A DNA stretch of 64,000 nucleotides from positions 85,126,001 to 85,190,000 of the forward strand of contig OZ024745.1 in assembly GCA_964016885.1 (NCBI GenBank), read 5' to 3'. Origin of the DNA: Eledone cirrhosa (Eukaryota). Below the pieces are notes generated by a model. It made no database searches, was not told where the DNA came from, and saw only the letters and a list, made by a program, of their open reading frames with translations. Both the position numbers and the translations under genes were made by a program. Below are positions 22,186-35,563 of the stretch, one piece after another. The first letter of the stretch is position 1; each line of letters opens with the position of its first letter.

Positions 22186-23272
22186 GATATATATTGTATA
22201 TATATAGATATATATATATGTATATGTGTATATATGTATATATGTATATATGTATATACGTATATGTGTATATATGTATGTGTATATATGTATATGTATA
22301 TATATACGTATATGTATATATATATGTATATATGTATATATATATATGTATGCATATATATGTATATATATATTTATATATATATATGTAGTATATATAT
22401 GTATATATATATAAGTATATATATATATGTATATATATATGTATATATATATGTGTATATAAATGTATATATATATATGTATATATATATGTAGTATATA
22501 TATGTATATATATATATATATGTAGTATATATATGTATATATATATGTATATATATATATGTATATATATGTATATATATATATGTATATATATATATAT
22601 GTATATATATGTATATATGTAAGTAGTATATATATATATGTATATATATATATGTATTATATATATATATATATATATATGGTATATATATATATATGTA
22701 TATATATGTATATATATATATATGTATATATTTGTATATATATATATATGTATAATTATATGTAGTATATATATGTATATATATATGTATATATATATGT
22801 GTATATATATGTATACATATATATATATATGTATATATATATGTATATATATATATGTATATATATATGTATATATATGTATATATATATGTATATATAT
22901 ATGTATATATATGTTATATATACGTATATATATATGTATATATATGTATATATATATGTTTATATATATATGTATATATATATGTATATATATGTATATA
23001 TATATGTAATATAATATGTATATATATATTATGTATATATATATGTATATTATATATATTGTATATATATATCTATAATAAGTATATATATATTCTACTA
23101 TATCTATATTATAATATATAAATATATTATATATATATATATATGTATATATATATGTATATATGTATACTATATATGTATATATAATATGTCATATATA
23201 TATATGCATATATATACAATATATATATAAATATGTACATATAATATCCCGTTACAATATATTTATATATAT

Positions 23273-23318
<46 letters not shown>

Positions 23319-23424
23319 ATATATATATATGTAACGGTATTATATAATATATAAATATATATATATATAATGTAATATATATGCAATAATATAATATATA
23401 TATATGTATATATATATATGTATT

Positions 23425-23461
<37 letters not shown>

Positions 23462-23526
23462 GTATATATATATATATGTATATACGATATATTAACAAAT
23501 GGAAACTATATTTATTAAACAATATT

Positions 23527-23588
23527 TATTTCATTATACATATTTCAAGGGTTCCAAGTCAAAATATGCGCTTTCATCAGATAAGATA
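23527..23588 (-). ncRNA. Type I hammerhead ribozyme (duplicate of the 21508 copy)
   Basis: Same motif with a 3-nt deletion in stem II. Confidence 0.62.
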
Positions 23589-23766
23589 TAATATAGATCA
23601 GTTTTATAAATAAATATTGACATACCCTTAAAGAATGCGACCCTTATATATATATATATGTATATATATACGTATATATATATATGTATATATATATATT
23701 TAAATGTGTATATATATATGTATATATATACAGATATATATACATATATATATATACATATATATA

Positions 23767-24183
23767 CGAAACCCACAGTAAAAAAATGCGATAGACCCAA
23801 CTGTGGCATTTGCATCAACCTAATAGAGGGTTAGGAATTCTATTTCAAAGATGGACAACGTTTTATAGTAAAACACAATTTCACATGTGCATCGGAAAAT
23901 CTAATATATGTATTAACTTGCTCAGGTTGTCGAGAACAATACATAGGCCAGACCAAAAACAGCCTCCGCCAACGCATGACTGTCCATAGATCCCAAATTA
24001 AAATACGGGAATACAGGAAAATACCACTGAGTGAACACATTGATACCTGCCGCCCAAAATCATCCCAACTTCAGAATCTTACCCCTCTACAAATTTAAAG
24101 ATAATGCCACCCACACCCAGCGCATCAGCAAGGAATCTTACTTCATTAACAAATACGGACCCCGTCTAAACACTTCTCCCTAA
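23767..24183 (+). pseudogene. Neptune-type PLE GIY-YIG endonuclease fragment
   Basis: [11 protein letters not shown]...FTCASENLIYVLTCSGCREQYIGQTKNSLRQRMTVH; contains an internal TAG and a frameshift. Confidence 0.85.
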
Positions 24184-24313
24184 GACGAACCCACAACATA
24201 CACACGTTAACATACATACCTACATCAGCACACATCTCCACCCACATATAAACACAATGACATACGTAAACACACATGCTCTATGGTGCAACACAGAAAA
24301 ATATATGTGTATA

Positions 24314-24398
<85 letters not shown>

Positions 24399-24747
24399 GT
24401 GAATATATGTATGTGTGTCTATATATGTAGTGAATATCATTTCACACCTTTTATTTTTAAGATTTTTGTTGTTCTATTAAGAGAACCGATTTCACTGAAA
24501 CAATCGAATAATGTACACCATTTTACCAGGGGGAAAAAATACTGGTCCACCCACACACACACACATATATACACACACACACATACACACGCGTACATTA
24601 ACATACAAAGAGACTTATACACACACACACACACGCACTTCTCCGTATAAGACAAAAGCTGAAAAATATCTTTTGACATGCTAAAATACCCCCCATTGCT
24701 TTCAGACACATTCTTACTGACCATCCCTGCTACCACGAATTACTCTG

Positions 24748-24795
<48 letters not shown>

Positions 24796-24862
24796 ATCTT
24801 AATAGCATATTTGACACACATCCCTGCTAACCATTATCACAACATCGAACACGTTACTACTA

Positions 24863-24896
<34 letters not shown>

Positions 24897-24921
24897 TTGT
24901 TGTGAAAGAGTCATTTCTCAA

Positions 24922-25168
24922 TCTTGGCGCAAAACCAATTTTTTATTCACATGACCTCTACTGACCAATCAAAATTGTTTTGACCACAAGAATTTTTGCA
25001 AACACCAAATAGCGCTGGAGCCACTTTTTTTAACATAAAAACAGTCTTGGCGCAAAATCAATTTTTTACATTCACATGACTTCTACCGACCAATCAAAAT
25101 TGTTTTGACCACAAGAAATTTTGCAACACCAAAGTAACGCTGGAGCCACTTTTTTAACATAAAAACAG
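24922..25168. repeat. Tandem duplication of a ~123-bp unit containing TCACATGAC and CCAATC motifs
   Basis: TCTTGGCGCAAAA...TAACATAAAAACAG is present twice. Confidence 0.85.
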
Positions 25169-25804
25169 GTAGAATTCCCAAAACTAATCAGATCAGAGCA
25201 AACAACACGGACACGCTATCTCAAAATTATTTTTGAAAAGCATTTAGAAATGCGCAACCGGTAAAAACTTAAAAACTTAAAACCACAACTGAATACTAAC
25301 CCATACAATCACTAATACTCTTTTATTCCTAATTAAACCATTTTTCAACTGTGAACAATTTGCCAGCATTTTCTATTCCGTTTACCAATGTATATATATA
25401 TATATATGTATATATATGTATATGTGTATATATGTATATATATATATATTGTATATGTATATATATATGTGAATATATATATATATATATTGTGTATATA
25501 TATATATGTGTGTATATATATATCTATATTGTATATATCTATATATATATGTATATATATATATATGTATATGTGTATATATATATATATGTATATATAT
25601 ATATGTATATGTGTATATATATATCTATATTGTATATATCTATATATATATGTATATATATATATATATGTATATGTGTATATATATATGTATATATATA
25701 TATGTATATGTGTATATATGTATATGTATATATGTATATACGTATATGTGTATATATGTATGTGTATATATGTATATGTATATATATATATGTGTATGTA
25801 TATA

Positions 25805-25855
<51 letters not shown>

Positions 25856-26384
25856 AGAAATTTAGAAGCCCCCCTCATAACACACTACTAAACTCCTTTG
25901 AAAATGACCTAATAAAACTAGTTAAGAATATTAAATACAAAAAGCACCGTAATAAAAACAACACCTTCTTAAACAAACTTAGCACATCTATTAATGATTT
26001 CAAAACTAGTAATAAAATTATTGTACATTCGGACAAAACTAATAACATATACAGCCTAGATTATAATACTTATAGAAAGTTTATATATAATGAACTACAC
26101 AAAAGCTACAAGAAAACCACTATGAAAAACTTAGAAGATATCAATATGGAAGGCTTTAATATAGTGTCCAAACTAGGACTCCAGAGACATACACAACCAT
26201 ATAGCCCAAACCCCCTAGATTCTCTCTGAAGGACCATAAGGAGAACTTCATTAGCAAACCCTCGATTAGACTCATCTGCCCTTCCAAGTCTGACATTGGC
26301 ATTATCAGTAAGAAAATTTTAGATAAAATCATCCCACAGATTAAACTCAAGATATACCTTAAACAATGGGGAAATACAGGTGAA

Positions 26385-28118
26385 GTGATTGAATGGTTCA
26401 AAGATATCAAGGATAACAAGGATAAAAAATGTATTCAATTTGATATCAATTCATACTACACCTCTATTTCCCCTATCCTATTAAATAAGGCACTTATCAT
26501 GGCCATGGACAATAGTGACCTGTCTAGACCCCAGATTGATGTCATACTTGCGGCCCGTAAAACAGTAATCACCTTTGAAGACCAATTATGGACCCGCAAA
26601 GATACGCAAAACAACTTCGACATAACCATGGGATCTAGTGACTCGGCGCAGGTCACTGATTTAGTCGGCCTATATTTACTTAACGAAATCCATAAGGACC
26701 TTCCATACCTCAACGGTGGTTTGTACCGCGATGATGCACTTCTACTTATAGATTATAAAAAATTTAATATAGAAAGAACTAGAAAACTATTGCACAAGAC
26801 ATTCAAAAACTATAACCTTAGTATCACCATGGACAAAAACACTAAAAACGTTAACTTCCTGGATGCCACCCTGTACCTAGACTCAATGATATATGCACCT
26901 TTCCACAAACCTAATGAAAAACTCATTTACGTAGATACCAAATCTAACCACCCTAGATCTATATTAAACTCTATCTCTAAGGGAGTATCTAATAGAATCT
27001 CTAATCTATCCTATGACGTAAACATATTTAGCAAAATCTCGCAATATTATAATCAGGCATTAGCTAGATCAGGCCATAATATAGAGATCCAGTTCCTACC
27101 TACAAAAACACATAGCTACAACATTATTTCACACAACATGTCCATAAGAAAATTTAGTAATAGGAATAGCAACCACACACACACTAATAGGGAGGATACC
27201 AACAAAAGTAACCCACACCACAAAAATTACCATAGTACCATAAAAGGAAACAACTCACCAGACATAAAAAACAAAAATAGAAGAAGAAATAATACATTTT
27301 TCAACCCTCCTTTCAATCTAAACGTCTCTACTAACCTACCTAGGGCTTTCTTCTCACTACTAGATAAAAACTTCCCATCCGGCCACAAGTACCATAGCCT
27401 TTTAAACAAAAACACTATTAAAATCTCCTACTCTACTACGCCTAACATAGCATACCACATAGCTAGTAGCAATAAAAGAAAAATTTATTCTTACTTCCAA
27501 CAAACTAAAACACAACAGACGATAAACCTTCAAAATAACATTATAGCAACTAACCCTAATATCAATAGAAATAATAGTAATAGCACTAGTGTAAACAATA
27601 ACGCTGGGAACGACAACCCACATAACCATAACCTTATAGCTACCATCCAGACTTCTACACAACATAATAACCGGCAGACTAACACCCAGAATAATTGTAA
27701 CTGTAGATCAAATAGAACCTGCCCTTTAGATAAAAAATGCTTAATCAAGGATATCATATACTCATGCACAGTCACAACTAACAACTATCCTGAAACCTAT
27801 ATAGGCTCTACTTCTAACTGCTTCAAAACTAGATACAATTCGCACCTCCACTCTTTCAAAAAAACAGTCTATCTAGCTTCACTATCTAGCTACATACACT
27901 ATCTAAAAACTAAAAATAAACCATATACACTTAAATGGGAAGTGATAAGTAACGCGTCATCGTACAAACCACCTAATAAATTTTGTAACCTCTGTCTACT
28001 AGAGACCCATACTATCATCTTCTCGAACCATAACCTCCTTAATAAAAAATCAAAAATGTTCGCGTCTTGCCAACACCGCTTCCGACACTCCTTCCAAAAC
28101 TTTAAACCCAATATATAA
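26385..28118 (+). CDS. Hydra-type PLE RT + GIY-YIG (577-aa open frame; frameshifted N-terminal part at 25855-26384)
   Basis: [69 protein letters not shown]; upstream HSDKT and LKDHK. Confidence 0.9.
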   Translation: MIEWFKDIKDNKDKKCIQFDINSYYTSISPILLNKALIMAMDNSDLSRPQIDVILAARKTVITFEDQLWTRKDTQNNFDITMGSSDSAQVTDLVGLYLLNEIHKDLPYLNGGLYRDDALLLIDYKKFNIERTRKLLHKTFKNYNLSITMDKNTKNVNFLDATLYLDSMIYAPFHKPNEKLIYVDTKSNHPRSILNSISKGVSNRISNLSYDVNIFSKISQYYNQALARSGHNIEIQFLPTKTHSYNIISHNMSIRKFSNRNSNHTHTNREDTNKSNPHHKNYHSTIKGNNSPDIKNKNRRRNNTFFNPPFNLNVSTNLPRAFFSLLDKNFPSGHKYHSLLNKNTIKISYSTTPNIAYHIASSNKRKIYSYFQQTKTQQTINLQNNIIATNPNINRNNSNSTSVNNNAGNDNPHNHNLIATIQTSTQHNNRQTNTQNNCNCRSNRTCPLDKKCLIKDIIYSCTVTTNNYPETYIGSTSNCFKTRYNSHLHSFKKTVYLASLSSYIHYLKTKNKPYTLKWEVISNASSYKPPNKFCNLCLLETHTIIFSNHNLLNKKSKMFASCQHRFRHSFQNFKPNI

Positions 28119-29644
28119 CAATGTCAGACTTGAACTCTTCACCACCTCTAGCAACTAACATCAGGGGCACACCTTACACCTCATCTCCACACCCATTAAT
28201 CCACTTTAACGCAAATAGTGACACCCTCATAGTACCTTTTACCCTAGAGATATCCCCATGTACTTCTACTTTTGGTATATTGGCCTTAAATTACTTGGAC
28301 TACATTGCACCAATATATAATTAATATAAACTGTAAGCACTGAATTGGTTGTGCTAACATTGTCCTGTGCATGGAGTGCCACCATTGGATAAATAGATGA
28401 TTAAGTAATTAATTTATTAACATAAAAGAGCTATATAATCTATATGCTGAGTGCAATGAATTATGTACAGGTGATGTATGAGTTATAGGTATATGTATGG
28501 CTTGATGGTCAGATTAGTGTCTTTGTATGAGAGAATTGATCTCTGGACCACCCTGGTAATATTTAACTTTGCCATGCATTCAGACATACAATGACCCAGA
28601 GCTTACCAGGAGTCATATATAGAAGTGATTCTAATAAGACCCTGCCAGGTTCTGCGGGTAGACTACACTTACAAAGATCATTGATTTGGAGCTCTGACTC
28701 TTCATGTAGAATGTTCGGCTGTGGCACTCCATGATAGAAGGTAATCATCCTAATATGAGCACCTTTAGTACTTCTTGATAGACTACACTGTAATTTATAG
28801 ATAAGATACTTAAATTTAAAAATTGTTTATAACCTTATATGATAGGGACTCATTTGAAACACCATTAATGTACTTTAGGATAATACATTTAACTATGGAA
28901 ATCAGCTAGTTAACTACCTTAACGCATTAACTCCCCTTACGCATTAACTCCCCTTAATCACACACAGACTTCTGGAATATAATACGATGTCAACTCTCAC
29001 ACCAAAAACAACCGGATTTATAGAATCGAATAGAGAACGACAAGCTAGGATTTCTAACATGGTTCACCAGGCACCCAATGTTGAATCATCGCGGATTGTG
29101 TGATGGACATGTAGTCTATAAATTGCGTTTCCTGGATTGTGTGAGTGGTGGTGTGTGCGAGGACAGTGGTGCTGTTTTGCTTCTCATTTGTAATAATTTT
29201 GATATTTTTGATATTTTTGGTGTTTCTCTACACACGGGCTTCTATATCGTACAGGTGTGTGTGAAAAATGCTTTAACAGTACAGCCCCCATGATGCTATT
29301 GATTGCCTGCTTTGACTGCTTGTTTTACATGTAACAATCTGCCGCACTATAATCTCGTATAAATAGGACACGCGTGCATGCCACACGTGAGACTGTTGCA
29401 TACACTGGCTACTTCAAACTTTCCTCTTGCTTTATCTTCATAAACTGCCAATGTTTTATTTTAATTTTTATTTTAATTTTAACTTTAATTTTGTCCTTTA
29501 ATATGACTGTAATCTTTGTATGTAAATTGCCATACTATATTATTATGATGGATGTCAACCCACTGTGGGTCAATATATACATATGTTTCTATATGTCTCT
29601 TGTGTTGAAAAGGAGGTCAAGTATGTAAAAAAATCACTAAATAA

Positions 29645-29693
29645 TTGCTCCGAAGACTGCAAACCTCGGTTTGGAGGAAACAATTGTAAGCAA
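29645..29693 (+). ncRNA. Hammerhead ribozyme with variant CCGAAGA core (family C)
   Basis: TTGCT-CCGAAGA-CTGCAAACC TC GGTTTGGAG-GAAA-CAATTG-TA-AGCAA. Confidence 0.72.
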
Positions 29694-29930
29694 ATAAATG
29701 ATTTAAACTGAACTTTGATTCATGTAATTTCTATATAACTGCTCTGTAAAACAACTGATGTTGTTACATTGAGCTATTTATCTTACTGGTAATAAGATAG
29801 TAATGAATTACTGTCTTTCACTATTTAGGGTTTAAAATAATATATAACTATAAAAAGTTTTAGTATATACATAACCATAAATAGTATCCTTAATACTATA
29901 TATATGTATATTTATATCTATATATATATG

Positions 29931-29981
<51 letters not shown>

Positions 29982-30036
29982 GTCTATATATATATGTATA
30001 TATATATATGTATATATATGTATATATATATGTATG

Positions 30037-30083
<47 letters not shown>

Positions 30084-30094
30084 GTATATATATG

Positions 30095-30125
<31 letters not shown>

Positions 30126-30299
30126 GTATATATATATATGTATATATATATGTGTGTATATATGTATATATATATATATGTATATATATATATGTATATA
30201 TATATATGTATGTATATATATGTATATATGTAGTATATATACGTAGTATATATATGTAGTATATATATGTATATATATATATATGTTTATATATATATG

Positions 30300-30348
<49 letters not shown>

Positions 30349-30349
30349 G

Positions 30350-30398
<49 letters not shown>

Positions 30399-30466
30399 GT
30401 ATATATATATATGTAGTATATATATGTATATATATATATGTATATATATATATGTATATATATATG

Positions 30467-30514
<48 letters not shown>

Positions 30515-30558
30515 CATATATATATATACATATATATATACATATATATATAAATATA

Positions 30559-30675
<117 letters not shown>

Positions 30676-30680
30676 GTATA

Positions 30681-30718
<38 letters not shown>

Positions 30719-30722
<4 letters not shown>

Positions 30723-31063
30723 TGCAACCCTGATGGTATCCAATGATGTTGACTTGGTCTTCTTTTTGGTAAATATCATCTTGGTTAAGAGAGTGGGACT
30801 GGCTTCGTGCAGTGCCTTTGCTCACTATAAAAGCTTCACGGCACAGGCATTGCTTTATATCTGGAGATCTCTCTGCACTTGTCGTCACATGGTACCATGG
30901 GCCCAGCACTATGTGTCAATAATTGTCACAAGTGTAGTGTTTGTACCAGAGTTTTCAAGTCGCTGGCTGGACTAAAAAGTCACACTTGTTCAGCGCATCG
31001 GTAGGGGTGCTCCTTCATGGATATAAAGTAGTCGCCGTACTCGAAAAGGAGTTGGCAGCCACC

Positions 31064-31064
<1 letters not shown>
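30719..31064 (+). mobile_element. 3' part of a short RTE-like non-autonomous element
   Basis: Homologous to 63620-63970; relic C2H2 finger [22 protein letters not shown]. Confidence 0.6.
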
Positions 31065-31119
<55 letters not shown>

Positions 31120-31122
31120 GTA

Positions 31123-31228
<106 letters not shown>

Positions 31229-31362
31229 ATAAATATATATATGGATATATATATCTATATATATATGTGTATATATATGTATATATATATATATGTAGTA
31301 TATATATGTAGTATATATATGTAGTATATATATGTATATATATATATGTATATATATAAATG

Positions 31363-31409
<47 letters not shown>

Positions 31410-31422
31410 GTATATATATATA

Positions 31423-33000
31423 TCGAATAAGGAAAAGCGAAGTAGTTTCAGATGTTCAAGTCCTTTAATAATAATGCTGTGATATATATTTCAATGGAGA
31501 CACTGGCCACACTGTTCTGTGTGCGAGTGTCGTGACATTATCAGACAGCTTGTTACATAATAAGGTTATGTTTCCGAGGCAATCCAAATTGAATCGACAT
31601 GGGAACGGATGAAATGCGTGCTTTTGGGTTTAATTATCTAAATGAGAATCCAAATAAAATAAAATAAAATAAAATAATATAAAATAAAATAAAATAAAAT
31701 ATATAATCAGATATAAAAGCTGTTAAAAGCCAATAAAAATAATAATGATAATGATAATGATGGAGGTAAACAAAATGAACCTAAACAATAAAGATAAGGG
31801 AATGTAGCAGCTAATGGATAATTTTTACACTACCAGAACTTTTAGGTTTATAATAAAAGCAAGAATTAGAAATGGCGTGGGGGAAGAAGAGAATATCTCA
31901 GACTTTTTATTAAGTAAGAGTTTCCTAGAGAAAATTATAGAGTGGGTCTCAAGGATACAGAGATTACAGAATTTAGTGTGTGTTGATAGGTTATTAGAGC
32001 GTGCTACTATTCGCCAATTAAGGCTATATGGTATATTAGACCCCTTAAGATCCCAGATATGGTGTGCTAAAGAAGTAGAATTCTTAAACTTAACATGTTT
32101 AAAATTAGAGATATGAGAATTAAACCTAGTCTTAAAAGTGTTAGATGTTGAGCCTATATATGTGCTATTAGAGGAATTCCTTTTAACTACAGAAGCATAA
32201 ACGATGTTCTTAGAGAGGCAGTTACCGTTTAAAGGGCAGCTAACACTCACTCTACAGTTACACTTCCGGGTGCTATTAATCGGCTGAAGTAGTGATGCAT
32301 CCCTCGTAGGGTTACTATGAGATAAGGTCTGCTCAGGTGGTAAGGCATTTATGGATCTATCCAGACTAGTAGTACGCAGAGAGGAGTAGCCATCCCTAAT
32401 TTTCCCATTGTTAGTGCTAGCTAAATGAGAACTAATATTAGGGGTGGTAGAGAATGATAGTTTAATTACATTTTTATTAAAAATACCATGGTATTTATTA
32501 GTAGGAGGGAAATTTTTCTCTAAGATAGAAAAGAAAGACCTAGGGATGTTAGTTAATACTTCCTGATTATATGGCGGGTTAAAATAAGTATTTTGTCTCC
32601 TTCTATTTCTGTCCTTACCAACTCCACCGTTATCTAATATCCCATTATTATTAAGATCTGGGTTACTAAGAGGACTAGTTAAAACCACATTATTAGAATC
32701 AGCCGAAACTCCATTGAGTCTCTTTCTGTTTCTACCTTTAGTATATCTACTGCTATCTGGAATCATATCAAAAGGATTAGGGCTAATAATAGGATCAGTA
32801 GAAACAACACTATTAGAATTAGATTTAGCATAAGCATCACCACTGAGTGAGCGCTCAGAGCGCCCAAAGTGATCCCTAGAACTATTAGTTTCACTATTAC
32901 GAATCCGGTGGCTTAACTTATGGATGGGTTCGGATACACCTATGTGATTTCTACGATTCTTATGCTTTCTACTCCCATTCATGGCCATATTATGGGATAT
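31423..33000 (-). mobile_element. 5'-truncated Hydra-type PLE (linker, GIY-YIG, 3' UTR) with a degenerate hammerhead at 31476-31549
   Basis: ORF 31825-32988: [44 protein letters not shown]. Minus strand: GCTGT-CTGATAA...GAAA-TATATA-TC-ACAGC. Confidence 0.85.
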
Positions 33001-33385
33001 AGTTTAAGAGATATAGTTTAAGAGAAATTTGAGGACAATTGCAAGATTGCACTCAATATTTTGAATTTGTCTACAGAATTCTAAACCTTTGCTTTTAAAG
33101 AATCTCCCTTTCCTTTAAATCTATCTACCATGACTGACCCCCACTGATTTTATAGACACCTGTTAGCTCAAGAGAAACTTAATAATAAAGATTGGCATGC
33201 CATCCTGAACCTGTTTATAGAATTATTTCTGCCTTTGTTACTCTAAAAATAAAAATAAACTATAGCTTTGCAGAATTAGCTTTTAATGAATTCTATCAAC
33301 CAATGAGCTACACCCATCCCACTCCCCACCCTCTCCTACCACTGGTAGATACCTATATATACCATACTTATTTTTTGATACCCAG

Positions 33386-33432
33386 ATTCCTGATGATTTC
33401 TAATGAATGAAACAGTTCTAGTCCTGTAGAAT
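33386..33432 (+). ncRNA. Compact type I hammerhead ribozyme
   Basis: ATTC-CTGATGA-TTTC TAAT GAAT-GAAA-CAG TTCTAGTC CTG-TA-GAAT; GUA triplet. Confidence 0.7.
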
Positions 33433-33576
33433 GTCATCTATATTAAAACTATATATACACAGGAACCAGTAACACCCCTTCGGGTCTTACTGGTTGCTAT
33501 TACCCACTCTACTACCCTAAGTATTGAGTACTTTGGTGCGTTATGGTCCACCGGGTTCCATACCACATTTCCTTCG

Positions 33577-33623
<47 letters not shown>

Positions 33624-33627
33624 AATG

Positions 33628-33660
<33 letters not shown>

Positions 33661-33733
33661 GTATATATATAAATGTATATATATATATATATGTATATAT
33701 ATGTATATGTGTATATATGTATATGTATAGATA

Positions 33734-33768
<35 letters not shown>

Positions 33769-33813
33769 TGTATATGCATATATACATGTGTATATATATA
33801 TATATATATATTG

Positions 33814-33850
<37 letters not shown>

Positions 33851-33943
33851 GTATATGTGTATATATGTATATGTATATATGTATATACGTATATGTGTAT
33901 ATATGTATGTGTATATATATGTACATGTATATATATGTATATC

Positions 33944-34019
<76 letters not shown>

Positions 34020-34029
34020 TATAAGAGAG

Positions 34030-34064
<35 letters not shown>

Positions 34065-34599
34065 GTATATATATATATGAAAAGTGTAATTTACTACACA
34101 AAACGAAGGTTATAGAGAAAATTGAGGTTGGTAATGGCACATGGAATATATAAGAGACACAATACTTTTTTGTGAAAAAACATATAATTTTATAAGTTAA
34201 GGAAATAATAAAGGGTATAAAAAATGACCGGTTTCGATGGGTCTGCAAAAGCCATCTTTTCAAATGTTGATTAATATTAAGAAAAATTAATAATACGAAG
34301 AGTTAAAATTTGAGATTTGAAAATTCAAGTATAAAATTCATTGTGGGATTTCATAGTAGTTTTCATCTTGGTAGCAACAAGTTGACTGCTGTGTGCCTTT
34401 CTGGTAGTGAATGAGAAGTTATTTGGGGGTGTGGGTTATTTTATAAAGGTCAGATTTAGCAATGGCCAGCTGGTCAGCTGCTGGTCAGTGAGGGGGTGGA
34501 TGCAATATACATACATATATCTTCCTGTGGTTGGTAGGAGAGGGGAGCGTGATAGAAAGGGATTTAGTGCACTTACACCTATATATACACACATACCTT

Positions 34600-35362
34600 C
34601 ATCTACTATAACGTTAGTTTTATGAGGGGGGTGGTTTCTAGAGCTAGCGTTAGGGATGTAGGAAATTCCTCGGTTAAAGCCGGCGCTTATCAGGGCCCTA
34701 TTGTAGTAATCAGCCGCTTGGTTGAAGATATCCTCATTGGCGGATAGCCTCGAGATTCTATGTGAGATACTATAGACTATGGAGTTGAGAGTCTGCTTAG
34801 GGTGGTTGGAGGCATAATTAATATAAGAGAGGCACTCTCCAGGCTTATGGTATGGCTCGTATAAGCCCGTACTAAACTCCAGGGTCACGTCCAGGAAGTT
34901 GACAACCCTGTGGTTGAGGTCCATAGTTACGGATAGGCCGTATGACTTAAAGAACCTGTGTATATGTTTGTTAAGGTTCTCTATCCTACAGGGGCTATGG
35001 TTCCTAACGGTAAACGGCGTCGTCCCTATATACACCTCCTTGTAGGGCCGGTATTTCTTCCCTAAGCTTATGTAGGAGGTATATCCCAACCAGGTCAGTT
35101 GCTTGCGCTGGGTCGTTGGACCCCATCGTGACATCGAAGTTATCAGGACGGTTGGTTCTGGTCCAGTGGGAGCCTTCGAACTGGATAATGGTTCTACGTG
35201 CCGCTAGAATTATGTCTATTTCTTTTTTGGTGAGGCTAGTGTTAGATCTAGCTAAGATAAGTGCCTTATTTAAGAGTATGGGGGAGATAGAGGCGTAGTA
35301 GCTATCTATATCAAACTGGATGAATTTCAGGGTGGCTTTATCCGGCAACTCGGTGAGCCAAT
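34600..35362 (-). pseudogene. Hydra-type PLE RT fragment
   Basis: [35 protein letters not shown]; frameshift at ~35010. Confidence 0.88.
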
Positions 35363-35444
35363 TATATGTATATATATGTATATATATATATATATATACG
35401 TATATATATATATATGTATATATATATATACATATATATATATG

Positions 35445-35477
<33 letters not shown>

Positions 35478-35509
35478 CTGTAGATATACATATGTGTATA
35501 TATATATAA

Positions 35510-35557
<48 letters not shown>

Positions 35558-35563
<6 letters not shown>

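Noticed and set aside
34224-34265. Minus-strand TTGAAAA-GATGG...CCATC-GAAA-CCGG-TC motif; similar case at 55209-55246
   Set aside because: Likely decayed hammerheads: two core substitutions and weak stem I, so not called functional.
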